From an uncultured Gammaproteobacteria bacterium (lineage in GTDB: Bacteria; Patescibacteriota; Patescibacteriia; UBA9934; CAZDDW01): a stretch of DNA of 64,000 nt. The stretch covers positions 68,293-132,292 of the forward strand of contig CAZDDW010000001.1 of NCBI GenBank assembly GCA_964504365.1. Direction: 5' to 3'. A program made the translations under genes and the position numbers. The notes under the pieces are model-generated. The model ran no database searches. It saw only the letters and a program-made list of their open reading frames with translations, and was not told the DNA's origin. Below are positions 1-10,082 of the stretch, piece after piece (position 1 is the first letter of the stretch; the number at the start of each line of letters is the position of its first letter).

Positions 1-4
1 AATT

Positions 5-367
5 ATGGATGAGCGCCGAAAGCTGGGAAACAGAGGAGAGGATCTGGCTGCTCGGTTTTTGAAGAAGGTTGGTTATAAAATTTTAGCGCGACAGCATCGA
101 ACAAAATTTGGAGAAATAGATCTCGTGGCCCGTGATGGTCGCGAGATTGTTTTTGTGGAAGTGAAAACGCGACAGACGTTGGAGTTTGGTCATCCAGAAG
201 AGGCAGTGCATTCAATTAAACTAGCTCACATGGCTGCGGCTGGTGAAGCGTATCTTTCTGAGAAGCGACAAGAGGGTGCAGCACATCGTTACGACGTGGT
301 CGCCATCACCTGGCCAGAAGGTCAGGATCCAGAGATTGTGCACCTAAAAGCGGTCGGTCATAGATAG
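5..367 (+). CDS. YraN/UPF0102 family endonuclease
   Basis: 120 aa. The N-terminal KLGNRGEDLAARFLKKVGYKIL...EIDLVARDG...VFVEVKTR signature is typical of the YraN/UPF0102 family. Confidence 0.65.
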   Translation: MDERRKLGNRGEDLAARFLKKVGYKILARQHRTKFGEIDLVARDGREIVFVEVKTRQTLEFGHPEEAVHSIKLAHMAAAGEAYLSEKRQEGAAHRYDVVAITWPEGQDPEIVHLKAVGHR

Positions 368-396
368 TTGACATATTTAGGTTGTTTTGTTAACAT
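368..396 (+). promoter_or_regulatory. sigma70-like promoter upstream of nusA (TTGACA-17-TAACAT)
   Basis: TTGACA at 368-373, a 17-nt spacer, then TAACAT at 391-396. Confidence 0.35.
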
Positions 397-409
397 GTGG
401 CTACTGGAA

Positions 410-436
410 CCTGTCGGAAACGACAGGCCTTTTTAC
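410..436 (+). terminator. intrinsic-terminator-like hairpin in the nusA leader (possible attenuator)
   Basis: CCTGTCG-GAAA-CGACAGG followed by CCTTTTTAC, downstream of the putative promoter and upstream of the nusA ATG at 522. Confidence 0.4.
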
Positions 437-521
437 TAAAATACCCAGGTTTTCCGGTTGTCTAGTTAACTAGTTTCCTAGAAACTAGAGAACCAGATAA
501 CTAGAAAACCAGATAACTTTT

Positions 522-1940
522 ATGGCATCACCAATAGAACAAGCAATACGCCAGATTTGCGAGGAAAAAGGTTTGGCTTATGAAGCTGTGATCGAGACAA
601 TCGAGTCAGCACTAGCCGCGGCCTATCGCAAAGACTTTGGCGAAAAGAATCAAAACATTGAAGCTGAGTTTGACCCGGAAACTGCGGCAACTCGGATTTT
701 TGATGTAAAGACCGTGGTCGAAGATATCGATCTAGAGGTCCTTGAAAAAGCAGAGACTGAGCGACAGGAAAAAGCTGAGGAGCGGATCGCTGAGATCGAG
801 CGTCTTAAAGAGGCTGGTGAAGAAATTCCACCAGAGCTTGAGGAGCCGCTCGAAGATGATGGTCCTACTTTTAATCCAAAAACTGAAATCATGATCACTG
901 AGGCCAAGGCCATTGATTCAGACATTGAACTGGAACAGGTGCTGCGTCAGGAGCTGGAGTTGGCTGGTGAGTTTGGTCGCATGGCTGCCATGACTGCTAA
1001 ACAGGTGATTACTCAGAAGTTGCGCGAGGCTGAGCGCGAAGTGCTTTACAGTGAGTTTAAAGAGCTTGAAGGCGAGGTGCTTACCGGAACTGTTCAGCGA
1101 CGTGAAGGCCGTGTTGTATTGGTTGATCTTGGTCGTACCACTGGTGTGATCCGTCCTGAAGACCAGATTCAGTTTGAGCGTTATAACTCTGGTGATAAAT
1201 TGAAATTCTATGTGCGCCAAGTTTCTTTGACTACTAAGGGTCCTGAGATTCTCTTGTCACGAACAGACGAAGAGTTGGTTCGCCGAATGTTTGAACTAGA
1301 GATTCCTGAGGTTGCTGATGCAGCTGTTGAAATCAAAACTATTGCTCGCGAGGCTGGATCACGATCTAAGATCTCTGTGTCTACTGAAGACGAGAATATT
1401 GATCCAATTGGTGCCTGTATTGGTCAGCGCGGAACTCGTATCCAAACTATTATTGCTGAACTTGGTGGTGAAAAGATTGATATTATTGAATGGAGTGATG
1501 ATATTGAAGAATATATTGCCAATGCTTTGTCACCTGCCAAGATTTTGAATATCGAACTGAACGAGGAGGAGAAGTCAGCTGTCGCTTCTGTTGCTGAAGA
1601 TCAGCTTTCACTGGCCATTGGAAAGAGTGGGCAGAATGTGCGTTTAGCTGCTCGTTTAGTAGGTTGGCGCATTAATGTTGCTGAGGATGGTAAGGAGGGT
1701 GTTGTCGAAGCTGAAGATACTGAAACTGAAGCCGAGTCTGAAGAGGCTGAGAAAGAGGACCAAGTTGAGCCAGTTCCAGAAGCGGTTGAAGGTGAAGACG
1801 TTTCAACCGAAGAGATTGCTGAAGCAGAGGAAGAAGAGCAGGAGGCTAAGGATGATAAAGATGAGAATGATCCATACGCTGAAGGAGTAGAAGAAGGTGC
1901 TGAAAAGGAGCCAAGCGAGGAAACAACTAAGGAGGAATAA
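522..1940 (+). CDS. nusA: transcription termination/antitermination factor NusA with an acidic C-terminal tail
   Basis: 472 aa. S1-like region and tandem KH motifs (IDPIGACIGQRGTRIQTIIAELGGEKIDII; LSLAIGKSGQNVRLAARL). The C-terminus is E/D-rich. Confidence 0.9.
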   Translation: MASPIEQAIRQICEEKGLAYEAVIETIESALAAAYRKDFGEKNQNIEAEFDPETAATRIFDVKTVVEDIDLEVLEKAETERQEKAEERIAEIERLKEAGEEIPPELEEPLEDDGPTFNPKTEIMITEAKAIDSDIELEQVLRQELELAGEFGRMAAMTAKQVITQKLREAEREVLYSEFKELEGEVLTGTVQRREGRVVLVDLGRTTGVIRPEDQIQFERYNSGDKLKFYVRQVSLTTKGPEILLSRTDEELVRRMFELEIPEVADAAVEIKTIAREAGSRSKISVSTEDENIDPIGACIGQRGTRIQTIIAELGGEKIDIIEWSDDIEEYIANALSPAKILNIELNEEEKSAVASVAEDQLSLAIGKSGQNVRLAARLVGWRINVAEDGKEGVVEAEDTETEAESEEAEKEDQVEPVPEAVEGEDVSTEEIAEAEEEEQEAKDDKDENDPYAEGVEEGAEKEPSEETTKEE

Positions 1941-1943
1941 ACT

Positions 1944-2684
1944 ATGATTGAATTATTTAATACGATTTTGGCCGAACCGCTTTATAACTTGCTGGTCGGC
2001 ATCTACGCCATTGTTCCTGGTCAAGACATCGGTGTTGCAATTATTGTTTTGACTATTATCATCAAGGCAATTCTTTGGCCATTACAAGGGAAGTCACTTC
2101 GTTCACAGCGAGCTTTGCAAGAGCTGCAGCCAAAGATCAATCAGTTGAAGAAAGAATACAAGGATGACAAAGAGGGTCTGGCTAAGGCAATGATGGAAAT
2201 GTATTCTAAAGAAAAAGTTAATCCGCTTTCTTCTTGTTTGCCACTATTAGTTCAACTGCCGATCATTATCGCATTGTACCGAGTACTGTTGCGTGGACTA
2301 AATGGTGAGGGTAATTATTACAACCTGTACTCGTTTGTCCCTGATCCAGGTACGATTATTCCAACTTTCATGGGGATTGTTGATCTGTCCACTCCGAACT
2401 TGATCTTGGCAATTCTCGCGGGTATCTTCCAGTTCATCCAAGCCAAGATGATGATCATTAATAAACCTCCAAAGCAGGTGCAAGGGCAGGAAGGTTCAAA
2501 GGACGAAGCCATGATGGCCTCAATGAACAAGTCCATGCTTTACTTTATGCCAGTGATTACAGTTGTTATCGGTGCCTCACTGCCAGGTGGTTTGACCCTG
2601 TATTGGTTAGTTGTTAACATTGTTGCCGTGATTCAGCAGTTGGTTTATCTGCGTCCTAAGAAAAAAGAAGAAAGCGTTGCATGA
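1944..2684 (+). CDS. yidC: membrane protein insertase YidC/Oxa1 (short form)
   Basis: 246 aa with multiple TM segments. Conserved YidC features (LQPKINQLKKEYKDDKE; hydrophobic core PLLVQLPIIIALY). Confidence 0.8.
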   Translation: MIELFNTILAEPLYNLLVGIYAIVPGQDIGVAIIVLTIIIKAILWPLQGKSLRSQRALQELQPKINQLKKEYKDDKEGLAKAMMEMYSKEKVNPLSSCLPLLVQLPIIIALYRVLLRGLNGEGNYYNLYSFVPDPGTIIPTFMGIVDLSTPNLILAILAGIFQFIQAKMMIINKPPKQVQGQEGSKDEAMMASMNKSMLYFMPVITVVIGASLPGGLTLYWLVVNIVAVIQQLVYLRPKKKEESVA

Positions 2685-3583
2685 ATTTAGAACAGGCAAT
2701 TTACAAAACCGTTGCCTACTTCTCATTATTTGATTATCCATTAACCACTTTCGAAATTTGGAAGTGGTTATTTGGTTATGGTGAAAAAGTTTCTTTGGTT
2801 GATTTGCGACGAGAGCTGGCCTCGAATAAGTTTTTGACTGAACGGCTTGATTCACACAATGGTTTTTGGTCGTTGGCTGGCAAGGATATTCCGGTCTTGG
2901 TTCGAACACGTCACGAACGTTTTCTGGATGCGGTGCGCAAGTATAAGCGCTTGCGTCGGGCCACTTGGTATTTGTCGCGCATTCCTTCAGTTCGTGGAGT
3001 TGCTGCCTGTAATACCTTGGCCTGGAATCATACTAAGGCCAGCAGCGATATTGATATTTTTATTATCGTCCGTGAGGGAAGTGTTTGGACTACTCGCTTG
3101 TTGGCTGTTGCCCCATTTAAAATTTTGAAAATGCGTCCAGGCGTGGCTAAGCGCGATCCGCTTTGTTTTACTTTCTTTTTGTCAGACACCAATCTTGATC
3201 TCTCTGTGCTTCGACTTGAAAACAGTGACCCATATTTAACTTACTGGAGCCGATCGATTGTCCCAGTGTTTGATCGCGATGGGGTGTTTGCTGAATTTCA
3301 TCAAGCCAATGGATGGCTTGAACAAGATCTGAGCAATTGTTATCAGCGAGCAATGCACAAAGGTCGTAGCTGTCCAGCCTTTGGTCGTGCCTGCCGCTCA
3401 CCAAGCCTTGTTGAACGGACTTGTGAGAAAATTCAACGTCGCAAGTTTCCGGAGGTGATTCAAAATATGGCTAATCGTGATTCTCGTGTTGTTGTTTCAG
3501 ACGCCATGTTAAAGTTTCATGATAACGATCGTAGAGCAGAATATCGAGATAAGCTAGAAGCCCTAATGATCAATGATCGATAA
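2681..3583 (+). CDS. hypothetical protein, possible nucleotidyltransferase-fold (G-x13-DxD)
   Basis: 300 aa. RGVAACNTLAWNHTKASSDIDIFII resembles the Pol-beta-type NTase motif; otherwise unrecognised. Confidence 0.35.
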   Translation: MNLEQAIYKTVAYFSLFDYPLTTFEIWKWLFGYGEKVSLVDLRRELASNKFLTERLDSHNGFWSLAGKDIPVLVRTRHERFLDAVRKYKRLRRATWYLSRIPSVRGVAACNTLAWNHTKASSDIDIFIIVREGSVWTTRLLAVAPFKILKMRPGVAKRDPLCFTFFLSDTNLDLSVLRLENSDPYLTYWSRSIVPVFDRDGVFAEFHQANGWLEQDLSNCYQRAMHKGRSCPAFGRACRSPSLVERTCEKIQRRKFPEVIQNMANRDSRVVVSDAMLKFHDNDRRAEYRDKLEALMINDR

Positions 3584-3695
3584 TCAATGATCAAGATAAT
3601 AACCAATGATCGAATTTTTGAACATTGGTTTTTTGGTCTTTATCTCGATCATTGGAATTTGGTCATTGGTCATTACGTGATAGAATATTAATACT

Positions 3696-4961
3696 ATGCG
3701 TGCTCGACTAATAAATTTTCTAGTTTACCTGACAGTCTTTCTTCTTCCTTGGCAAACGCGTTGGATTTTTGGGCAAGAGTTTTTGCAAGGTGATTTTTTC
3801 GAGTATGGCGTGCTTAGTATTTTTGCTACTGAGATTTTAGTTGTCTTGGTTGCTGTTTTGCGCCCGCGAATTGTTTCGCATCCAAAGTTTGATTGGCCAC
3901 TGATTTTTGGTGGTCTGTTTTTATTAATTTCTTTGGTCTCAGTACTTTTGGCAGCAAATCCGACCTTGGCTGTGATGGCATGGCTGCACGTACTGGTTGC
4001 TTTCTTTTTCTTTCATAATCTTTTGGACAAGCGAATCAAGATTCAAAAAGTTCTTTATGCTTTTGTTCTTGGGTTAATCATTCCGTCTTTTCTTGGCCTA
4101 TGGCAGTTCTTCACAGGCACCAGTCCTGAGTTGTCTTGGCTTGGTCTGGCTGGGCACGATGCTTTAGTTGCTGGCACTTCCGTTGTCGAAACCATGAGCG
4201 ATAGGCTAATGCGTGCTTACGGATCATTTCAGCATCCGAATTTGTTTGGTGGATATCTAGCCTTTGGTATGGTTTGTTTAATGATGCTACCGCGATGGTA
4301 TCGTAAGCTACGTGATCGACGTTTACTAATGTTGATCTCGATTCTTTTGGCCACTGCTTTCATTTTGACTTTTTCACGATCGGCTTGGCTGGCATTCTTT
4401 GTGGCCATGTTTATTGGTGGTTGGGTGTTGTTGTGGGAACATCGTGTGGCAGTGAAAAAGGCCATGCCGTATTTGACCGTGACTCTGCTAGCAATCGTGA
4501 TTTCTTTACTCGTCTTCTGGGAACCAGTGGCTGCTCGTTTCCACCCGTCCTTCCGACTTGAGGCTCAGTCGATCGCAGAGCGACAGGCTGGATACGAACT
4601 ATATCTGCCAACCATTCAGAACGATCTTTGGTTTGGGGTTGGTATTGGTAACTACACTGTCGAACTTGCTGCAAACCATCTCGGATCTCCGGCTTGGGCT
4701 TACCAGCCAATCCATAACACGATTCTGTTGATTCTTGGTGAGATTGGTATTATTGGTTTGATCTTTTTTATTGCCTGGGTTGCCTCGATTGATCGATTAA
4801 ATTTCAAAGCCTTGCCGCGAGCCACCGCCATCGGCGCGTTAACACTTGGCAACGTTGTCCTGATCATCGCTCTGTTCGATCATTATCTATTCACTCTCTG
4901 GCCCGGCCTAGCCCTAGCCGCTTTGATGTTCGCTTTGACCCTAAGATTGTCAGAACCTTAA
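3696..4961 (+). CDS. O-antigen ligase (Wzy_C/WaaL) family polytopic membrane protein
   Basis: 421 aa, more than 10 TM segments. ILTFSRSAWLAFFVAMFIGG is typical of the O-antigen ligase domain. Confidence 0.55.
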   Translation: MRARLINFLVYLTVFLLPWQTRWIFGQEFLQGDFFEYGVLSIFATEILVVLVAVLRPRIVSHPKFDWPLIFGGLFLLISLVSVLLAANPTLAVMAWLHVLVAFFFFHNLLDKRIKIQKVLYAFVLGLIIPSFLGLWQFFTGTSPELSWLGLAGHDALVAGTSVVETMSDRLMRAYGSFQHPNLFGGYLAFGMVCLMMLPRWYRKLRDRRLLMLISILLATAFILTFSRSAWLAFFVAMFIGGWVLLWEHRVAVKKAMPYLTVTLLAIVISLLVFWEPVAARFHPSFRLEAQSIAERQAGYELYLPTIQNDLWFGVGIGNYTVELAANHLGSPAWAYQPIHNTILLILGEIGIIGLIFFIAWVASIDRLNFKALPRATAIGALTLGNVVLIIALFDHYLFTLWPGLALAALMFALTLRLSEP

Positions 4962-4989
4962 TCTGAAGTTCAGAATTAAATAAAAAAGA

Positions 4990-5020
4990 CCCGGAACGTG
5001 AAGTGTTCCGGGTTTTGGTT
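4990..5020. terminator. bidirectional intrinsic terminator between convergent genes
   Basis: CCCGGAAC-GTGAAGT-GTTCCGGG followed by TTTTGGTTT; A-run on the other side. Confidence 0.6.
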
Positions 5021-5439
5021 TAGGCAACCAGCTTGATTGCCTGGAAGTGGTCAAAGCCGATCATCTCTTCGGTTAGGGACGAAAGTTCCTTGACCTCGAT
5101 CTCGGCCGCATCGCTTCCTGCCTGGCAATCAGCGATCGCCTCATGAGTAGGGAAGTCGATGTGGTAGACCAGGGAGACGTGGCGGCCAGGACGCGGGTCT
5201 CGGTCCTGGGCATCGAGCACGGTCAGCAGCTTGAGCTGATCAGCTCGGATCTGCAGCCCGACCTCTTCTTCGATCTCACGGACGCAAGCGTCGACAAAGC
5301 TTTCACCATCTTCGACATGCCCGCCAGGCAGAACCAAGCGATCCTGGAACGGAGCCTTGGCTCGCTTGATCAAGAGCACGTCACGGCCAGCAATAGTGAT
5401 CAGGGCATCAACAGTCAGTACGATTTGTTCGCTTCTCAT
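5020..5439 (-). CDS. NUDIX hydrolase
   Basis: Nudix box GGHVEDGESFVDACVREIEEEVGL. Start moved to the internal Met (MRSEQIV), which has an AGGAGA RBS. Local GC is about 58%. Confidence 0.75.
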   Translation of the reverse strand: MRSEQIVLTVDALITIAGRDVLLIKRAKAPFQDRLVLPGGHVEDGESFVDACVREIEEEVGLQIRADQLKLLTVLDAQDRDPRPGRHVSLVYHIDFPTHEAIADCQAGSDAAEIEVKELSSLTEEMIGFDHFQAIKLVA

Positions 5440-5449
5440 TTCATTCTCC

Positions 5450-5719
5450 TTAACGGTCGCAACTTCCGTGTTCTCGCTCTCGGATCGAGCTGTAGTCCGG
5501 CCCGTCGTAGTCGATGTCTGTCTGCACGCCACACTCGGCGCAGCGGAAGGTGACGTAGACATCGTGCCCGCCGCCGTAGTCGTAGTTGTGAGTCTTGTAA
5601 AGATCACCTTGTTCAACCAGGAGCACAGCACCACAGCCACCGCCCCCATTACCCTTACCAGAGCAAGTGAATTCCTTTGCCCAACCGCGCTGCGGGCGAC
5701 CCTTTTTGATGACCTGCAT
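5450..5719 (-). CDS. hypothetical small Gly/Cys-containing protein (possible zinc ribbon)
   Basis: 89 aa from the internal Met with a GGAGA RBS. CSGKGNGGGGCG...CAECG motifs. High GC. Immediately upstream of the Nudix gene on the same strand. Confidence 0.35.
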   Translation of the reverse strand: MQVIKKGRPQRGWAKEFTCSGKGNGGGGCGAVLLVEQGDLYKTHNYDYGGGHDVYVTFRCAECGVQTDIDYDGPDYSSIREREHGSCDR

Positions 5720-5919
5720 GGCTATCTCCTTGGTGGTTGTAAGGTTCGTTTGTCGGTTCGATCGGTACTGATCTCCCTGACACAAGCATCATGCCATTAC
5801 TAGAAAAATAACGATATCAAATTTCGTAGTAAAATTGACGATATCGATGAATAGTGCTAATCTTAGAAAAGAAATATAAAAAAAGTACTACGAAAAGTAT
5901 CGTAGTTAAGCTAGATTTT

Positions 5920-6687
5920 ATGGCTACCAAATTACAGCAACAAGAAATTACAGAAGTTTTGACTCGTTTGGGTTTGAATCAAAAAGACCAGGAAGTTTAT
6001 CTGGCTCTGCTTAAATCAGGTCCAGTTACAGTTACTCCGCTAGCAAATGCAATTAATTGTCCAGTAACTACAGCACAATCCGTACTCAATCGTTTGGTTG
6101 ATCGCGGCGTGATTAAAGTTGGTAAACAGAAATCACGACATGTGTTTGAGGCCCATGATCCCGTGGTCTTCCGTCGTTTACTAGAGCGTCAGGTTCAGGA
6201 TGTAGCCAGTGTTATCCCTTTGTTACAAAAAATGCAAACCGGCTCTTCGGTCACGCCAAAGATACGTATCTTCTATCGAGAGCGCATGACAGATATTTTT
6301 CACCAAGCTCTGAAGTGCAAGAGCAAGCTGGTTTACGAGATTGTAGCTGCTCGTGACTTTCAAGATATTATTGGTGAGCGCTTTCACTTCACCCGTCGTC
6401 GAGTCAAAGATGATGTTCGATTAAAAAGCCTGCGTGTTCAAAAACGGGAGATAAAAAAGTATTCCAAGCAATCGCACTTACGTGAATTGCGTGAGGCAAA
6501 GTTTCTTCCACCAGAATTGAATTTTCGTTGCTCAATTATGTTCTGGGATGATACGATCGCTTTTTTCACTACCAAGGAAGAGGGTCTGGCCTGGACTGTG
6601 CAGAGCAAGACCTTGAGAAAAACCATGGAACAGATTTTCGATCTACTCTGGAGCGTCAGCCGGAAAATGGAAACAAAGCAGGAGTGA
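5920..6687 (+). CDS. TrmB-family-like HTH transcriptional regulator
   Basis: N-terminal winged-HTH pattern (EITEVLTRLGLNQKDQEVYLALLKSGPVTVTPLANAINCPVTTAQSVLNRLVDRGVI) resembles the TrmB N-domain. A palindrome lies just upstream. Confidence 0.5.
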   Translation: MATKLQQQEITEVLTRLGLNQKDQEVYLALLKSGPVTVTPLANAINCPVTTAQSVLNRLVDRGVIKVGKQKSRHVFEAHDPVVFRRLLERQVQDVASVIPLLQKMQTGSSVTPKIRIFYRERMTDIFHQALKCKSKLVYEIVAARDFQDIIGERFHFTRRRVKDDVRLKSLRVQKREIKKYSKQSHLRELREAKFLPPELNFRCSIMFWDDTIAFFTTKEEGLAWTVQSKTLRKTMEQIFDLLWSVSRKMETKQE

Positions 6688-6773
6688 GTCCTGTTTGATG
6701 GTTGACATAAGCATAGAATCTGGTCTAAGGTAAGCCCACGCTCTGATAGTGGGGTGGTTCAAAGGACGACAAG

Positions 6774-7376
6774 ATGAGTAAAACTAGTGTTGGTGTTGGA
6801 GAAGCTGCTGTTCAGTTCAGGGATGGACTCAGGAGTGTGACGGCCTACGTCGAACAACGCCTGACCAGCACAGGAGAAACGGAAATACCTCCAGCTGAGA
6901 GTTTCATGGCGCTTTTCTTCACGATGGGCGAGCATGTGTTGAGCCAGGATATGACAGTAGACCTGGTCGCAGCCAAAGCAGCCTACCTACATGCTGCTCT
7001 TGGCAATGTGCCCGACCTGGACGAGACCCACATCGATGAGCATCTCGGAGAAGGTGTGGGCGCCATTTTCCACGCTATCCCCGAAATCGACTTCGGTGAA
7101 GACTTTGGCCAGTATGTGCTACGGTTGTCAGCGCTGGATAGGCCCGCGCTCTGGGCCGCGGCCTGTTGCAACCTGGCCGCCCTGAAAACGATCCTGCAGC
7201 AGATGAGTGAGCAAGGGGCTCTGGCGGTCCTGACCGAGCTGGGGACCGACCTTGGCCACTTCCTTGGTTTTCTTGGTTCGTACAATGGCGTGCTTCAGAG
7301 TCATCTGTGGGACAACACCATCTGCGAAGCGACCGACGAAGTCAGCCAGCAGATCCGAGCTCTCGTGCTTCCGTAG
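6774..7376 (+). CDS. hypothetical protein (high-GC)
   Basis: 200-aa ORF at about 58% GC, atypical for the window. No recognisable motif. Confidence 0.35.
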   Translation: MSKTSVGVGEAAVQFRDGLRSVTAYVEQRLTSTGETEIPPAESFMALFFTMGEHVLSQDMTVDLVAAKAAYLHAALGNVPDLDETHIDEHLGEGVGAIFHAIPEIDFGEDFGQYVLRLSALDRPALWAAACCNLAALKTILQQMSEQGALAVLTELGTDLGHFLGFLGSYNGVLQSHLWDNTICEATDEVSQQIRALVLP

Positions 7377-7466
7377 CACCTCTCAACAACCAGAACTAGA
7401 CCACGCCGTTCAACTCCGAACGGCTTTTTCTTGACAAAAATAAGCTCATCAGGCAATATTATGTTC

Positions 7467-7493
7467 TTAGCAAGCGCTTCTTAAGAGTGCTAA
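7467..7493 (+). promoter_or_regulatory. CIRCE element (HrcA operator) upstream of groES
   Basis: TTAGCAAGC-N9-GAGTGCTAA against the consensus TTAGCACTC-N9-GAGTGCTAA. It lies 16 nt upstream of the groES ATG. Confidence 0.75.
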
Positions 7494-7508
7494 ATATAAG
7501 CTCAAAAT

Positions 7509-7796
7509 ATGATTAAACCATTAAACGATTACATCATTCTTAAACACCTTTCAAAGGAAGAGGTGACTGAGTCTGGGATTATTTTGCCAGACACCGTAGA
7601 TAAGGAGCGGCCTGAACAAGGTGAGGTTGTGGCTGTTGGTCCGGGTAAGATGCTGGAAAACGGTCAGCGCGTTGCCATGGAGGTTGCTGTTGGCAACAAG
7701 GTTATGTTTAAGAAATATGCTCCAGACGAGATCAAGATCGACAAGGTCGAGTACTTGGTAATTCGCATGGATGATGTTGTGGGGATAATAGAATAA
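7509..7796 (+). CDS. groES: co-chaperonin GroES
   Basis: 95 aa. MIKPLNDYIILK...GIILPDT...GEVVAVGPG. Confidence 0.92.
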   Translation: MIKPLNDYIILKHLSKEEVTESGIILPDTVDKERPEQGEVVAVGPGKMLENGQRVAMEVAVGNKVMFKKYAPDEIKIDKVEYLVIRMDDVVGIIE

Positions 7797-7864
7797 AAGT
7801 TATCTAGTTGTCTTGTTGTCTAGTCACCTGGTTTTTGAGAACTAGATAACCAGAAAACTAGTAA

Positions 7865-9514
<1,650 letters not shown>

Positions 9515-9518
9515 AACA

Positions 9519-9546
9519 AAAAAACGGCCACGGCCGTTTTTTTGAA
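9519..9546 (+). terminator. intrinsic terminator after groEL
   Basis: AAAAACGGCCACGGCCGTTTTTTT. Confidence 0.7.
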
Positions 9547-9627
9547 TGATCAAGTTCCAATAATCAATGTTCAAGTACTCAAGAAAATGCTATAATTACC
9601 CTGTTAAACATAAATTAAACATAAAAT

Positions 9628-9975
9628 ATGACTGAAACAAGCACAGCTCCTGACTCAAAGGACATTGAGGACAATAAGGTTATTGCTGCTATTGGCTACC
9701 TTTGGATCCTTTGTCTGATTCCTTTGCTAGCTAAAAAGGATTCCAAGTTTGCTCAGCACCATGGAAAGCAGGGATTGGTTTTGACAGTGGTTTCGATCAT
9801 CATGTGGGTGGTTGGATTCATTCTAGCCTTTATTCCAATCATTGGTTGGTTAATCCTATTTGTGGTTTGGATTGCGATAATCGTTTTGGCAGTAATGGGA
9901 ATCATTAAGGCTTTGAATGGTGAGTATTGGGAAATGCCAATCCTCGGCGAGTACGCGAAGAAGATTAAGTTGTAG
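9628..9975 (+). CDS. small integral membrane protein (DUF4870-like topology)
   Basis: 115 aa, 3 TM segments. The family assignment is tentative. Confidence 0.45.
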   Translation: MTETSTAPDSKDIEDNKVIAAIGYLWILCLIPLLAKKDSKFAQHHGKQGLVLTVVSIIMWVVGFILAFIPIIGWLILFVVWIAIIVLAVMGIIKALNGEYWEMPILGEYAKKIKL

Positions 9976-9988
9976 AAAGTAGTTGAAG

Positions 9989-10020
9989 TAAGGGCACTCC
10001 TTGTGGGTGCCCTTTTGAAT
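9989..10020 (+). terminator. intrinsic terminator
   Basis: GGGCAC-TCCTTGTG-GGTGCCC followed by TTTT. Confidence 0.6.
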
Positions 10021-10082
10021 TTGAAAAAGAAAAAACCACATCTTGCGATGCGGCGCCGCGTTGCGACTTGTCCAGTAGTGGA

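Noticed and set aside
650-1548. Several 78-100 aa ORFs on the opposite strand or an alternate frame inside nusA (650-925, 918-1220, 1312-1548)
   Set aside because: Fully embedded in a well-supported conserved gene, low-complexity translations, and no RBS or start context. Shadow ORFs.
441-3700. Possible oriC/DnaA-box cluster near yidC and the repeated AGATAAC motifs
   Set aside because: The repeats are 11-mers (AACYAGATAAC) rather than TTATCCACA-type 9-mers. No dnaA, dnaN or rpmH/rnpA is in the window. Treated as a regulatory leader motif instead.
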